IMG/VR virus record: IMGVR_UViG_3300045988_144737
DNA: 64,000 bases
From: a virus
Strand: one strand, 5' to 3'
Part shown: in pieces, positions 50,420-61,248 of the stretch
Layout: the number at the start of each line of letters is the position of its first letter
How positions within the stretch are numbered: the first letter of the stretch is position 1
The notes under the pieces: model-generated
Databases searched by the model: none
Told to the model about the DNA's origin: nothing
What the model saw: the letters and a program-made list of their open reading frames with translations, nothing else
Made by a program: the position numbers and the translations under genes

Positions 50420-52249
50420 ATGGCTTTGTCTAAAAAAATGGCATCAAACAAGGATAAAATATCTTTATATGAAAGAAATAATGATAAAACCATTGAGAGA
50501 TTAAGGCATTGGATTACTTTTTATAGAAGAAATGTAGAATTATTTGCTGAGCATTATTTGGGTATATCTTTATTTCCATTTCAAAAACTTGTATTACACT
50601 TAATGATGACAAATAATGTGTTTGTATGGATAGCTGCTCGAGCCATAGGAAAGAGTTTCTTGACTGCGTTATTTATTTGTTGTTATGCAATATTATATCC
50701 TGGGGCTAGGATTGTTATCGTTGCATCAAAATTATCGCAAGCTGGATTGATTATTACCGAGAAGATAGAAAAAGAATTAATGAGAATGTCTCCCAATTTG
50801 CGTAGAGAAATACTTAAAATTACAACAGGTAATAACGAATATGAAGTTAAATTTAGAAACGGTTCTTCAATTATAGTAACAGCACATAATGATAATTCTC
50901 GTGGTTTGCGTTCGAATCTAATAATACTAGAAGAGTTTAGAACTTTAAATAAAGGAATTGTTGACTCTGTAATTATTCCTTTTAATGTTCCTAGAAAACC
51001 ACCATATATGTTGTTGAGTAAATATGAAAACTTAAAAGCTGAACAATCTAAAAAAATATATATATCTTCTGCTTATTGGAAGAGTAATTGGATGTGGAAA
51101 CAAATTGTTGAAACATCTACTGACATGTTTAATGGGAAAAAGCGTTGTCTCGTGGCATTTGATATGTATCTAGCATTGGAACACCAATTAAAAACACCAG
51201 AGGATATTTTTGGAGAAAAAAGTACAATGGATGACCTAACATTTAAGATGGAGTATGAAAACAGTATGATTGGAGAGTCTGGAGATTCATATTTTAAATT
51301 AGATGACATGGATATTAATAGAAGGCTTAGAGAGCCTTTTTATCCATATAGCAACGTTGAGATAGTTGGCAAGAGACATATTGATAATCCTTATAATAAA
51401 ACAAGAAGTGATGACAATATTAGGATTGTTACAATTGATATCGCAACAAAAAAAGGTAAGAAAAACGATAACACCATTATAGGTTGCATTGAGGGAGATT
51501 TTGATGGAACTAGATATAAAAGAGATATTGATTATATAGAAAGCCACAATGGTGCTACTGCGTCTCGTCAAGCACTTAGAATAAAACAATTGTATTATGA
51601 GTATGGAGCTGATTATTTGGTTATTGATACTCAAAATGCTGGTATTACAGTTTATGATGAATTAACAAAAGAGATTATTGATGACATTACTGGCGAAGTT
51701 TATCCTGCTTGGACTATTATAGATGATGATAAGTTACACGTTTTAAGCAAAGAAACTATAGGTGACTTAAGAGATAGGACGGTTGAAAGTGGGGCGTTGC
51801 CTGTCATCTTTCCAATTCAAGGCTCTTTGGCTTTGAATAGTAGGATTGCTGTAGATTTTAAGAAGCAATTAGATAATAACAGTATATCATTTTTAGTCAA
51901 CGAACAAAGAGCAATAGATATTTTGACTTCAAAGGATTCTTTGTTCAGGAATAATGATAATCCAAATTATAGAGCGTTAAAACTTGCTCCATATGTTCAA
52001 ACATCAGAACTAATAGAAGAATGTATAAATTTAAGTATGGAGATACTTGGCGGAAACATTAGACTAACTGAACCAATCAATGGTCGAAAGGATAGGTATT
52101 CGTCAATATCTTATGGTAATTATTTTATATCTTTAAAAGAGATAGGTAAATTAAAAGGTGGGAATAATTCATATTCTGCCGAAAAATTTAAAGAAGCTAT
52201 GAAAACTCGTTCTACTAATAAGCGTAGAGTAGGGTTTAAATTTAGATAG
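50420..52249 (+). CDS. terL: terminase large subunit
   Basis: Walker A-like WIAARAIGKSF and Walker B-like LIILEE; C-terminal RNase-H-like nuclease region (VTIDIATKKGKKNDNT); size and position before the portal. Confidence 0.85.
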   Translation: MALSKKMASNKDKISLYERNNDKTIERLRHWITFYRRNVELFAEHYLGISLFPFQKLVLHLMMTNNVFVWIAARAIGKSFLTALFICCYAILYPGARIVIVASKLSQAGLIITEKIEKELMRMSPNLRREILKITTGNNEYEVKFRNGSSIIVTAHNDNSRGLRSNLIILEEFRTLNKGIVDSVIIPFNVPRKPPYMLLSKYENLKAEQSKKIYISSAYWKSNWMWKQIVETSTDMFNGKKRCLVAFDMYLALEHQLKTPEDIFGEKSTMDDLTFKMEYENSMIGESGDSYFKLDDMDINRRLREPFYPYSNVEIVGKRHIDNPYNKTRSDDNIRIVTIDIATKKGKKNDNTIIGCIEGDFDGTRYKRDIDYIESHNGATASRQALRIKQLYYEYGADYLVIDTQNAGITVYDELTKEIIDDITGEVYPAWTIIDDDKLHVLSKETIGDLRDRTVESGALPVIFPIQGSLALNSRIAVDFKKQLDNNSISFLVNEQRAIDILTSKDSLFRNNDNPNYRALKLAPYVQTSELIEECINLSMEILGGNIRLTEPINGRKDRYSSISYGNYFISLKEIGKLKGGNNSYSAEKFKEAMKTRSTNKRRVGFKFR

Positions 52250-52262
52250 AAAGGAGGACACA

Positions 52263-53870
52263 ATGGCTAATCGAAATTATAAAAACAAACAAAAGCCAAT
52301 AAAAATAAATAAGCCACAAAGCAATTCTAAAAAGCCAATTACTTCACAAGAGTTTGGTGAAAGTATTCATGCTTATGCTCAATCTTTAAAAAGAAGCGTA
52401 GAACAAGCACAAATGTTAGCTACTTTGTCGGCTCATAATGGTGTCTCTCAACCTTATTTAGAGGAAAGATTTTTACAAGACATGAATTTCAACCCTGCAG
52501 AAGCTACTAGCGATGATATTGAGACTTGGTTATTAGCACCCCAATATAACGATAGAAAACTAAGGGCGCTATCGCAATATTTGGAGTATGCAGTTGGTCA
52601 ATACAATCGTTTTGTTCATTATTTTGCTGATATATTGAGTTTTAATTGTATGTTATTGCCAGGAAGTAGTACGCAAATTAGTAGCTCATCACTAAAATCA
52701 TATCAAAACAGTTATAGAGTTGCAAGCGATGTTATTGCTAAAGCGAAGCCAAAACAAAGATTTAGAAGTATGGCGTTGGCAACTATGCAAGATGGTGTTT
52801 CTATTTGGCATATAGAAAAAACCGAAAATGATATAAACTTTTTGCAATTGCCTACTGATTGGTGTATAATTACATCAAAGTGGGCTTATGGTTGGACTGC
52901 TTCATTGGATTTGTCTTATTTTGATAGAATGGCTTATATTCCTAATATAATTCCTAATCTTTATAAGCAATATGAGTTATTTAATGAAAAAAGAAAAGAT
53001 GGATTGGCAGGAAAAGCCTTAGCACCATATCAATATTTGGCATTAGACCCTAACGAAACATTTGTATTAACTTTTGACCCCAATAAAGCCTTAAAGATAC
53101 CACCGTTAAGTAATACTTTTGGTAGTGCTTTAGATATACTTTCGTACAGACAATTATTAAAAGATAAGTCTGCTCTAGAGTTATGGAAAGTGTTATGGGG
53201 TAAAATTCCACAAAAGAAGAATACTGATGAAATGATTATGCCTTATGAAGAGGCAGCTGAGATTGTAGAAATGATACAATCTACATTACCAGATAATATT
53301 ACTATGTTTGCCTCTCCTTTTGATATTGATGATGTATCGACCGCTCAAGCGAGTAATCTAGATAATATCGTTAATTTATCAAATGATACATTTTATGCAG
53401 GTGCTGGAACAACGGGGACATTCTTTGGGGATGACGATACAAAATCCGCAAAGGCTATTACAATCAATGCTAGAAAAGACTATTTATATGTAGCCAAGGC
53501 GTTATATCCACAATTTGAATTAATGATGGATTGGCAAATTTCAAACGCAACCAAGACATATTCTTGGGTAACAAAATTTAGCGGAAATGACTTAGAAAGA
53601 GATGAAGAAATTAATACAGCGTTAAAGCTAACAACTTCTGCGAACTTTCCAATTCAACATCTTGCTAGTGCAGCTGGTTATTTACCTCATGAATTAGAGG
53701 GATTAACATTGTTGGAAAATGAGTTTGGATTAAAGAGTGCAATGCAACCTCTAACATCGCAATTCCAAGCATCACAAAAAGTCAATGCAACAAGTGGCAG
53801 AGATAAAATAGATACTATGAATTTGAGCGATGAGGGAATAGCAACCAGAGATAGCAGGGGTCAAGAATAG
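52263..53870 (+). CDS. portal protein (putative)
   Basis: 535-aa ORF immediately after terL; SD AAAGGAGGA; assigned by synteny and size only. Confidence 0.6.
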   Translation: MANRNYKNKQKPIKINKPQSNSKKPITSQEFGESIHAYAQSLKRSVEQAQMLATLSAHNGVSQPYLEERFLQDMNFNPAEATSDDIETWLLAPQYNDRKLRALSQYLEYAVGQYNRFVHYFADILSFNCMLLPGSSTQISSSSLKSYQNSYRVASDVIAKAKPKQRFRSMALATMQDGVSIWHIEKTENDINFLQLPTDWCIITSKWAYGWTASLDLSYFDRMAYIPNIIPNLYKQYELFNEKRKDGLAGKALAPYQYLALDPNETFVLTFDPNKALKIPPLSNTFGSALDILSYRQLLKDKSALELWKVLWGKIPQKKNTDEMIMPYEEAAEIVEMIQSTLPDNITMFASPFDIDDVSTAQASNLDNIVNLSNDTFYAGAGTTGTFFGDDDTKSAKAITINARKDYLYVAKALYPQFELMMDWQISNATKTYSWVTKFSGNDLERDEEINTALKLTTSANFPIQHLASAAGYLPHELEGLTLLENEFGLKSAMQPLTSQFQASQKVNATSGRDKIDTMNLSDEGIATRDSRGQE

Positions 53871-53876
53871 AAGGGA

Positions 53877-54401
53877 GTGATAAAATTGTTAATTAGCGAA
53901 GAAACAAATGAGATGTTGGATAAATTGGTTCAACAAGGATTTATTTTGAATAGAATATGGGATAGAGGTTTGTCTGTATTAAATGTTAAGTATGCTATGA
54001 ATAATTTTGAAAAAATATTTCATGAAGGGTTTGCACATTTATTTCCCATTGCGTGGAGTGATACTATTTCAAATATTCAATCTATGTATAATGTAACTAC
54101 AAAATACTTACCAACACCATTAGATGATTCAGATTACAATAGTCCAAGAGAGTTTTTTTATAAGAACTTAAAATATCATGAAGAAACTTATAACATATTA
54201 GTTCAAGCTATAAAAGTAGCTAACGAACATGGTGATTATAATGTTTCCAAGGAATTGGATAGCTTTATGAGAACATTTAATAAATTTATGGAACAATCCA
54301 TATTATTAGTGGATAAAGCCAATGCAGTCAAAAATGATGATTGGTTTACATTTGATTATATGTGTGATAAATTCTTTGTATTCGATGGTGGTGATGATTA
54401 G
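53877..54401 (+). CDS. hypothetical head-morphogenesis-region protein (174 aa, GTG start)
   Basis: ORF in the late string. Confidence 0.5.
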   Translation: MIKLLISEETNEMLDKLVQQGFILNRIWDRGLSVLNVKYAMNNFEKIFHEGFAHLFPIAWSDTISNIQSMYNVTTKYLPTPLDDSDYNSPREFFYKNLKYHEETYNILVQAIKVANEHGDYNVSKELDSFMRTFNKFMEQSILLVDKANAVKNDDWFTFDYMCDKFFVFDGGDD

Positions 54402-54628
54402 TGAGAATTGTTAATACCGAAGAAATCGAAGATAGATTTAAGATTAAATATTTTAAATGTGGTTCTATACCTTTGTGTAAATTTTTAGAACAAAATAATG
54501 TATTGCCAGTTGGTGACTTTATAGCTAAAAATGGCAAAGTTGTATACAAATATGTAGAATGTGAAAGCCTTTCTAAACTCTTAAAAGAGTGGGGATTGAG
54601 AAAACAATCAGAAAGGGGTGAAGAGTAG
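54401..54628 (+). CDS. hypothetical protein (75 aa, GTG start)
   Basis: ORF in the late string; start overlaps the upstream stop. Confidence 0.45.
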   Translation: MRIVNTEEIEDRFKIKYFKCGSIPLCKFLEQNNVLPVGDFIAKNGKVVYKYVECESLSKLLKEWGLRKQSERGEE

Positions 54629-56379
54629 TGGAAAAAGTTAATAAAATGAATTTGGAATTTTCGTTAGATTATTTAAGCGTTATTGAAGAAGATAAAGATA
54701 CTTGTTTAGTTTCATTAGATTTGTGTCACTTAGGCGTGAATAGAAATAAAACTGACATTGATATGGATTGTATTGAATGTTCTAAAGAAACATTTAGAGA
54801 TAAACCAATTATTTATCGTCTTAATAATAGCGTGATTCCAAGTATGAGTACGGATGTACTAGAACACGCTAGAGATGGCGATGCTACAATGCTAATTGCT
54901 GGTCACGTTCCATATTTAACCCCTATCGAATACGTAGAAAGAGATGGTCGTACCTATGTTCGAGTAATAGGTGTAATTCATAAAGTATATCTTCCTACTT
55001 TAATGCGTATTATCGAAAAGCGTGATGGTAGTTTAAAAATAAGTATTGAAATTATTGTTTTAGATGGTTGGCAACAAGATAATGGTATTCTAAAAATTAA
55101 TAAAATGAAATTAAGAGGAATTGCTCTATTAGGTAGGGATGTACTAGAGGGCATAGAAGGGTCTGAGATGAATGTTATTAAATATTCATACGATGACTAT
55201 AACAATACTTATTTAAAATTTTCTAAAAACACAAAATATAAATTGCCTTTAGAATTAAAAAACAATATCAATGATAACATGAACAATTATTTAATCAACA
55301 GAAAATCAACAAATAAGGATATTGATTTAGTCCTTAATGATGTTAAAGATATTGTTTACAATTCTTATATATCTCATAGTAAATTAGTTGAAATTGAAAA
55401 TAGTATGAAAGAACATAAAGATGGAGATATTTATAGTCTTTATGGAGGTAATAAAATGAAAGAATTTATTGAAAGTTCTTTATTTGCCAAAAAGGAAGAT
55501 TTAGGCAAAGAAAAAGCAATAAAGGTTAATAAATCAAGTGAAAAAATGTCTGATTCTAGTTGGGGAGACGTAGATAAAACAACACTTAGAAATAAAGTTT
55601 TAAGTGCTAAAAACTATAAGACGTTAGTTAAAGATGTTTATTTGCTTGTTGAACAAGGGTGGGAAAAAAGCCCAAGTTCTAAATTAAAATATCCAGTCAT
55701 GGAAATTGTTGGAGATACTGCTGTTTATAATCGAGGAGGGTTAGCTTCCGCTTTGGGTTATGCTAAAGCCGAGGGTGATACCAAAGTGGTTGATAAGGTA
55801 GAAAGTATCTACAAAAAATTAGGATTAGACAAAGAAAAGGAGGATGCTTCTATGGCAGAAGAAATCAAGAACAAACTTGATAAGGATAACAAAGACATCG
55901 AAGAAATCAAAGATGATGCTGAGGCACAAGAAGATGATGTCAAAGAAAAAGAAGAAAATGTTAAAAAGAATAAAATCGAACCCCATGATAAAGGCGAAGA
56001 GGGATTAGAAGATGATGTTGACGCTGACAAAGATTATTGGGAAAAGAAATATGCTATTCTTGAAAACAAATTAAAAGAAATCGAACATGCTAAAAGTGTT
56101 GAAGCTATGAACGCTTTAGTAAAAGAATATGCTAGTTGCTTGGGCGATGAAGCTGAAACATTTAAAGCTGAAATTGCTAAATTTGGTTGTGGTGAATTGG
56201 ATGAAGAAAAATTCTCATTAAAAGTATATGCTGCTGTAGCAAAAAATGCTAAGAAAGCAATTGAAGAAATTGATGAAACTAAAAAATTCTCATTTATGCC
56301 TATTGATAATACTTCAATGGCTCAAAAGAACCAAGACCCATTAGAAAGTTTAGCTAAAAAATATAGAAAAGGTAAATAA
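54628..56379 (+). CDS. putative prohead protease/scaffolding protein (583 aa)
   Basis: Position between portal and capsid. The C-terminal third is an acidic coiled coil (EEIKNKLDKDNKDIEEIKDDAEAQEDD...), typical of scaffolds. The protease call is not verifiable by eye. Confidence 0.4.
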   Translation: MEKVNKMNLEFSLDYLSVIEEDKDTCLVSLDLCHLGVNRNKTDIDMDCIECSKETFRDKPIIYRLNNSVIPSMSTDVLEHARDGDATMLIAGHVPYLTPIEYVERDGRTYVRVIGVIHKVYLPTLMRIIEKRDGSLKISIEIIVLDGWQQDNGILKINKMKLRGIALLGRDVLEGIEGSEMNVIKYSYDDYNNTYLKFSKNTKYKLPLELKNNINDNMNNYLINRKSTNKDIDLVLNDVKDIVYNSYISHSKLVEIENSMKEHKDGDIYSLYGGNKMKEFIESSLFAKKEDLGKEKAIKVNKSSEKMSDSSWGDVDKTTLRNKVLSAKNYKTLVKDVYLLVEQGWEKSPSSKLKYPVMEIVGDTAVYNRGGLASALGYAKAEGDTKVVDKVESIYKKLGLDKEKEDASMAEEIKNKLDKDNKDIEEIKDDAEAQEDDVKEKEENVKKNKIEPHDKGEEGLEDDVDADKDYWEKKYAILENKLKEIEHAKSVEAMNALVKEYASCLGDEAETFKAEIAKFGCGELDEEKFSLKVYAAVAKNAKKAIEEIDETKKFSFMPIDNTSMAQKNQDPLESLAKKYRKGK

Positions 56380-56395
56380 TTAGGAGGAAATATAT

Positions 56396-56953
56396 ATGGC
56401 TATCAAACATTTTTATTGCGCACCAATTACTCGTGTGCCTGACCGTTTAGTATTCACTGCAAGCGTTCCAGAAGGACAAACAATCCAAGCTGGTGCAGTA
56501 TTAACATTAGAAGAATTGGATGCAACATTTGGAGCAAGAAACGTTGATGTTTACAAAGGTGCTGCTCCTACTGATATTAAGACTCAAAGATTTGGTTTAG
56601 TTATTAATGGTGGTTTTGAACAATTACCTGATGGTAGACGCCCAGAAGGACAACCAGACTATACTCAATACGAATTTAAAGAAGGAGATGTTGTTACAGT
56701 AGTAATGATTGATAATTATGTTCGTTTTGAAATTTCTCACGATGCAATTAAGAACGCTACAGCAACTGCTAAAAACTTCTTAATTCCAGTACAAGCTGAG
56801 TATGCTTTGGTCAACAATGCCTCTCATGCAACTGCTAAATGTTATTTAAGAGTTGAAACTGCTGGTGAATATTTACGTGCTGGTGGTTTATTTGGTGCTG
56901 AATTTATCAAAACTGTAATCGCAACTGGTTTCATCGGTGACGATGTAGCTTAA
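56396..56953 (+). CDS. head-associated protein (185 aa; decoration or auxiliary capsid protein?)
   Basis: Strong SD AGGAGGAAA; locally higher GC and codon bias like the capsid gene; immediately upstream of the major capsid. Confidence 0.45.
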   Translation: MAIKHFYCAPITRVPDRLVFTASVPEGQTIQAGAVLTLEELDATFGARNVDVYKGAAPTDIKTQRFGLVINGGFEQLPDGRRPEGQPDYTQYEFKEGDVVTVVMIDNYVRFEISHDAIKNATATAKNFLIPVQAEYALVNNASHATAKCYLRVETAGEYLRAGGLFGAEFIKTVIATGFIGDDVA

Positions 56954-56977
56954 TAAGGAAAGAGAGGATAATATAAG

Positions 56978-58117
56978 ATGGAAAAAGTAATTAATGTAGT
57001 ACAAAACTTCTCAGCTACTGACAACGAGGCAGCTGTGATTGTTGATGGGTTAACTGAATTAGCTTTAGCTTATAGTTCAGACCATTATGTAAGCAAAGGT
57101 TTATGTGATGACTCATTCAAAATGGATAAAAAAGAATATTCTCATAAAAACAAAAACGTTAAAGATGCGTTATTAGGATATTGTGCTTCTAAATCTGGTT
57201 TAGAACATTTATCATTAAACACAAAAGAAGGAGTTGCAAGAGCGTTTTCTAACCCGACTTTTGGTGCTTTATATAATTCAATTGTAGTTGAGGCAATTTC
57301 AGGAGTTGTAGCTAACTCTAACCCAACTGCTTTATTAAATTTATGTAATATCGAAACAGTAGGATTAGGAGATTCTTATACTGCTGAAATTGAACCAAAA
57401 GGGTTACCTGTTGCACAAAGAAGTTCTTATATGACAAATGTAACTCGTTTAAACGGTGTTACTAAACAAAGTATCACAATCACTCCAAAAGAATACGCTT
57501 TAGGTGTTCAAATGGATTATATTCGTATTGTTGATAGAACATTTGATTTTGGTAAAGAAGTGGCTAAAGTTGCTATGGCTTTATTATATGCTCAATATCA
57601 ATTAGTTGCTGGATTAATTTTCGATACTAATAAATTAAATGGTACACCATTCTATTCTGCTACTTATGCAAGTGATAAAGTGGTTAAAATGATTAGTGAT
57701 TTACAAGCTGTAAACGGTGGTGCTGAAGTTAAGGCTTATGGTACTTTAACTGCATTTAACAAAGCTGGTACTATCGCTACAACTAACTTTGGTTTTGAAA
57801 GTCAAGACCAAATGATTAGAGATGGTTTCTTAGGTCGTGCTTTTGGTGTTGATAACATTGTTATCCCACAAGCTACTGATTTATCACAACCATTCACTGG
57901 AGAGGCTCCAACAATCTTATTGCCTGCTGACGTAATTGTATTATTAAGTTCAGTTGGTGACAAACCAGTAACATTAGTTCGTGAAAATTATGCTTATGCA
58001 AAAGAAACAGATGCTACTCGTGGTTCATTACACAAAGTAAGCTATTCTTATCATATGCAATTTGATGCTGCTATTGTTACACAAGCACATTATGGTTTAA
58101 TTAAAGTTGCTCAATAA
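56978..58117 (+). CDS. major capsid protein (putative)
   Basis: 379 aa; SD AAGAGAGGA; biased codon usage; followed by a hairpin terminator; synteny after the scaffold. Confidence 0.6.
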   Translation: MEKVINVVQNFSATDNEAAVIVDGLTELALAYSSDHYVSKGLCDDSFKMDKKEYSHKNKNVKDALLGYCASKSGLEHLSLNTKEGVARAFSNPTFGALYNSIVVEAISGVVANSNPTALLNLCNIETVGLGDSYTAEIEPKGLPVAQRSSYMTNVTRLNGVTKQSITITPKEYALGVQMDYIRIVDRTFDFGKEVAKVAMALLYAQYQLVAGLIFDTNKLNGTPFYSATYASDKVVKMISDLQAVNGGAEVKAYGTLTAFNKAGTIATTNFGFESQDQMIRDGFLGRAFGVDNIVIPQATDLSQPFTGEAPTILLPADVIVLLSSVGDKPVTLVRENYAYAKETDATRGSLHKVSYSYHMQFDAAIVTQAHYGLIKVAQ

Positions 58118-58149
58118 TTGTAAAAATAATATAGTGGAATAATGATATT

Positions 58150-58170
58150 GGCTAGGGTTTATTCCTAGCC
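58150..58170 (+). terminator. hairpin after the capsid gene
   Basis: GGCTAGG-gtttatt-CCTAGCC, followed by TCTTAT. Confidence 0.55.
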
Positions 58171-58205
58171 TCTTATATCATTGTTGTAGAAAGGAAATTG
58201 ATATA

Positions 58206-58967
58206 ATGGAAAACAAACAAGTAAATATCTCGTCTGAAAATGATGAAACAAAAGAAGCAAAGACGCCAAAACGTGGTAATGCCAAAAAGAAAGAGCCAAA
58301 GGTTGTGCAAAAAACCAAAGATGCCAAAGATGAAGAACTTGAATTAATGAAAAAACAATTAGCCGAAGTAAATGAAATGTTAAAACAACAAAGTGCTTTG
58401 GTTGAAATGTTTAAACAACAAGCCCAACAAGCTAATCAACTTCAACAAGCCACGATTGAAACAAAAGCCGATGATGATTTAGGTGAAACTATTATGGTGG
58501 GTTGTAATGCGGTTTATGGTGTTACGCTAACATCACAAAAAGGCGATGTGGTTCTCCAATTTGAATATGGGGAAGAAGTTGAATGTGATAGAGCGGATTT
58601 AAAAGAAGTATTTAAGAAAGCGTCTAATAAAAAAGTATTTGAACAAGGGCTTTGTTATTTTGATGATGACAATGAATATAAAGAATTCAGAATTAAACGT
58701 ACATTTATTTATGATGAAGATGAAATCATGGATTTAATTAATGGTGGAGACGCCAACCAAATTTATAGTTGGCTAGATGGTAAGACCAAAACTAAAACTA
58801 ACATAGATATTATGCACATGATTCTATATAAATTAGCTGACTTAGAATTGGATAAAAGATTAGAACGTATTCCTTATGCAAGTAGGGCTACTATCGAAAA
58901 ATTCTTTGGAGTAGAATTAGTTCAAGCAGCTAATTCTTTACAAATTTTAAAAAATTTAGTTCACTAA
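58206..58967 (+). CDS. hypothetical structural-region protein (253 aa, K/Q-rich N-terminus)
   Basis: SD GAAAGGAAA upstream; late string. Confidence 0.5.
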   Translation: MENKQVNISSENDETKEAKTPKRGNAKKKEPKVVQKTKDAKDEELELMKKQLAEVNEMLKQQSALVEMFKQQAQQANQLQQATIETKADDDLGETIMVGCNAVYGVTLTSQKGDVVLQFEYGEEVECDRADLKEVFKKASNKKVFEQGLCYFDDDNEYKEFRIKRTFIYDEDEIMDLINGGDANQIYSWLDGKTKTKTNIDIMHMILYKLADLELDKRLERIPYASRATIEKFFGVELVQAANSLQILKNLVH

Positions 58968-58993
58968 TATAACAATGAATGGAGGGAGTATTG

Positions 58994-59674
58994 ATGACTA
59001 CATTTGAAGAAATATATTGTTTAAACGAAGTTATTAGAAAAGACCCTAAATTGGCTAAACTTCCTCTATATCAATTTTATTCTTTGTGTTATCGACAATT
59101 ACAATATGCCATAGGGGCATTTTTGTATGATTGCCATAAAGACCTAACTAAAATAAAGGGATATAGCGAGAGCGAATATTTTTTTGATGGAGATGGGGTA
59201 GAAACCCAATTTCAATTAGACCCAATCCCACAAGACGGTCAAACCAATATTTGGGTTGGTACAAAAAGAGATGATGATGATTATTATGTGGAGTTATTTG
59301 GTTACCAATATGACCCACTTACTCATATTATCACCTTTGACCAAGCCCCACAAGTGGGGTTGTCTATTTTAGTAGGTGCTTATGAAATAGGATATTTTGA
59401 AGAAACTTTGGATATAGATGAAAAAATTATTCTTGCTGAGGGTATGAATATTCCTTTTTTGGAGGCATATGCAGCAAATGACAGGTCGCTGAATCAAATT
59501 GTTTATAGTAACAGTTATAAAGTTCATAGTCAAGCTGAACAAATTAAACAATTATCAAACTTATCTATTACTCAATGGAGAGATAGAGTTCATGATTTAA
59601 TTGTAAAATATAGTTATCGAAAATCAAAAGATAAACTTAAAAGATTAGCAGGTAGGCGTATGTATGGTCGCTAA
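58994..59674 (+). CDS. hypothetical head-tail region protein (226 aa from MTTFEE)
   Basis: The tracked ATG is followed by GGAGGGA, which serves as the SD for the ATG at 58994. Confidence 0.5.
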   Translation: MTTFEEIYCLNEVIRKDPKLAKLPLYQFYSLCYRQLQYAIGAFLYDCHKDLTKIKGYSESEYFFDGDGVETQFQLDPIPQDGQTNIWVGTKRDDDDYYVELFGYQYDPLTHIITFDQAPQVGLSILVGAYEIGYFEETLDIDEKIILAEGMNIPFLEAYAANDRSLNQIVYSNSYKVHSQAEQIKQLSNLSITQWRDRVHDLIVKYSYRKSKDKLKRLAGRRMYGR

Positions 59675-60671
59675 GCCAAAGAGAACAAGAGGTTGTTCTT
59701 CTATGATTATGGATATTATGAACAAGGGCGATTCCTTAAAAGATAGCACTAGCGATATTGTTCAAGATGGATTTGAAGATGCAGTGGATTTTGAATGGGT
59801 TTATAAAAATATGGACTATGATAAAAAATATAAAACATGGATTATGGAAGGAAATTCTGACGATAAGACATTGGGTTATAAAAAAATGTTATCATATCCT
59901 TATCAAACTTTGCAATTTGGAATAGGTGATTATATTCATTTTAATTATTTGCACATTCGTGATGTTCCCCAAAAGTGGACTACATGGTTATTAATTTCAT
60001 TAGATACATTGAGATTATTTAATGTTAATGGAAGGATGGTTCCTTGCAACCAAACTTTAAATATGTCAACTTCGGAGGGAGTTGTTTCTTATCCTTGTAA
60101 TTTTGAGGACACTATGAAATATACGACTTTAGACATGGGGCAACATGGTTTTGTAGAGCCTAATTGTGATATTGTTGTATATGTTCAAAACAATAAAGAC
60201 ACAAAAAATATCTATATCAACCAAAGATTTTTGTTTAACGGTAGGGCATATGTTGTTATTCAATATAATAATAGTATTAATAACGGTTTATTAAAACTAT
60301 TTATGAATAAGGTTTCTGAGCAACCAGAGGACGACTTGGAAAAAGATATTGCATGGAATGGAAATAATTATACACCAACTTATGTTGATGGAATTAATAT
60401 TACTCCTAGCGATGTTACTAGTTTAAAGCAAGGCGAATCGCAAGAGTATGAGGTTAGATATTATAGTAATGGAAAACCTAATGACGATGCTTTTGAAATA
60501 ACATCAATGGGTGTTCCCCAACAATATTATTCTATTGAAAATGTTGGAAATAATAAATTTACTATTAAATGCAATAAACAATATAGAGCAAACTCGTTGA
60601 CAATAAAATTAAAAGATATAGAAAATCAAGAGGTTAAAGATTTAGAAATTTGGTTAAGGGGTGTTGTATAA
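59664..60671 (+). CDS. hypothetical structural protein (335 aa)
   Basis: ORF overlapping neighbours at both ends, as in late operons. Confidence 0.5.
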   Translation: MVAKPKRTRGCSSMIMDIMNKGDSLKDSTSDIVQDGFEDAVDFEWVYKNMDYDKKYKTWIMEGNSDDKTLGYKKMLSYPYQTLQFGIGDYIHFNYLHIRDVPQKWTTWLLISLDTLRLFNVNGRMVPCNQTLNMSTSEGVVSYPCNFEDTMKYTTLDMGQHGFVEPNCDIVVYVQNNKDTKNIYINQRFLFNGRAYVVIQYNNSINNGLLKLFMNKVSEQPEDDLEKDIAWNGNNYTPTYVDGINITPSDVTSLKQGESQEYEVRYYSNGKPNDDAFEITSMGVPQQYYSIENVGNNKFTIKCNKQYRANSLTIKLKDIENQEVKDLEIWLRGVV

Positions 60672-60672
60672 A

Positions 60673-61248
60673 ATGGATAATGTCAATAATTTTAGAGATT
60701 ACGCAAGCTACAAATCAATTAGAACTATCCCATATGATGTAATTAATTATTTGGCGATTAATTGTCCTAATTTGTGGAAACTATTAAAATACGAAAATCC
60801 AATGGGAAAAAGTGATTTGTCACAAGAAGAAATAAAAGGTATGATTGCTCCTAGTTCTATACACTTAGAGAATTATAATGTTGCATTTCAAAAATTCTCT
60901 GATGAAGCTATGACGAGCGATAAAGGAGAGGTTTTCTCGCAACTAAGAATACAAGTGTTGAATGGGTATTCCCAAGATACGCAAGTGGCTAAGGTTAATA
61001 TATTGTTGCAAATTATTGTAAATAATCGAAAAATGATATGCGATACAGACCAAGTCGCATACGACAATAGAGCAACTGCTATAATGCAAGAATTGGTAGA
61101 TGCTCTAAATGGAAAGCCATTATATGATAATGGTAGATATTTATTCTTGAATGGACTAGAAGATTATAGCGGTGGTTTTAAATTGGTTAATTTTAATAAT
61201 GAATATAGTGGTTATAATCTAATCATGACTACTATTGTATCTGATTAA
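60673..61248 (+). CDS. hypothetical head-tail region protein (191 aa from MDNVNNF)
   Basis: AAGGGGTG precedes the ATG at 60673. Confidence 0.5.
   Translation: MDNVNNFRDYASYKSIRTIPYDVINYLAINCPNLWKLLKYENPMGKSDLSQEEIKGMIAPSSIHLENYNVAFQKFSDEAMTSDKGEVFSQLRIQVLNGYSQDTQVAKVNILLQIIVNNRKMICDTDQVAYDNRATAIMQELVDALNGKPLYDNGRYLFLNGLEDYSGGFKLVNFNNEYSGYNLIMTTIVSD

Noticed and set aside
49801-51634. Minus-strand ORFs inside the terminase genes (49801-49986, 49952-50152, 51073-51309, 51299-51634), plus 54346-54549, 55809-56030 and 59369-59551
   Set aside because: They are antisense to long late-operon genes with motif or synteny support; they are shadow ORFs.
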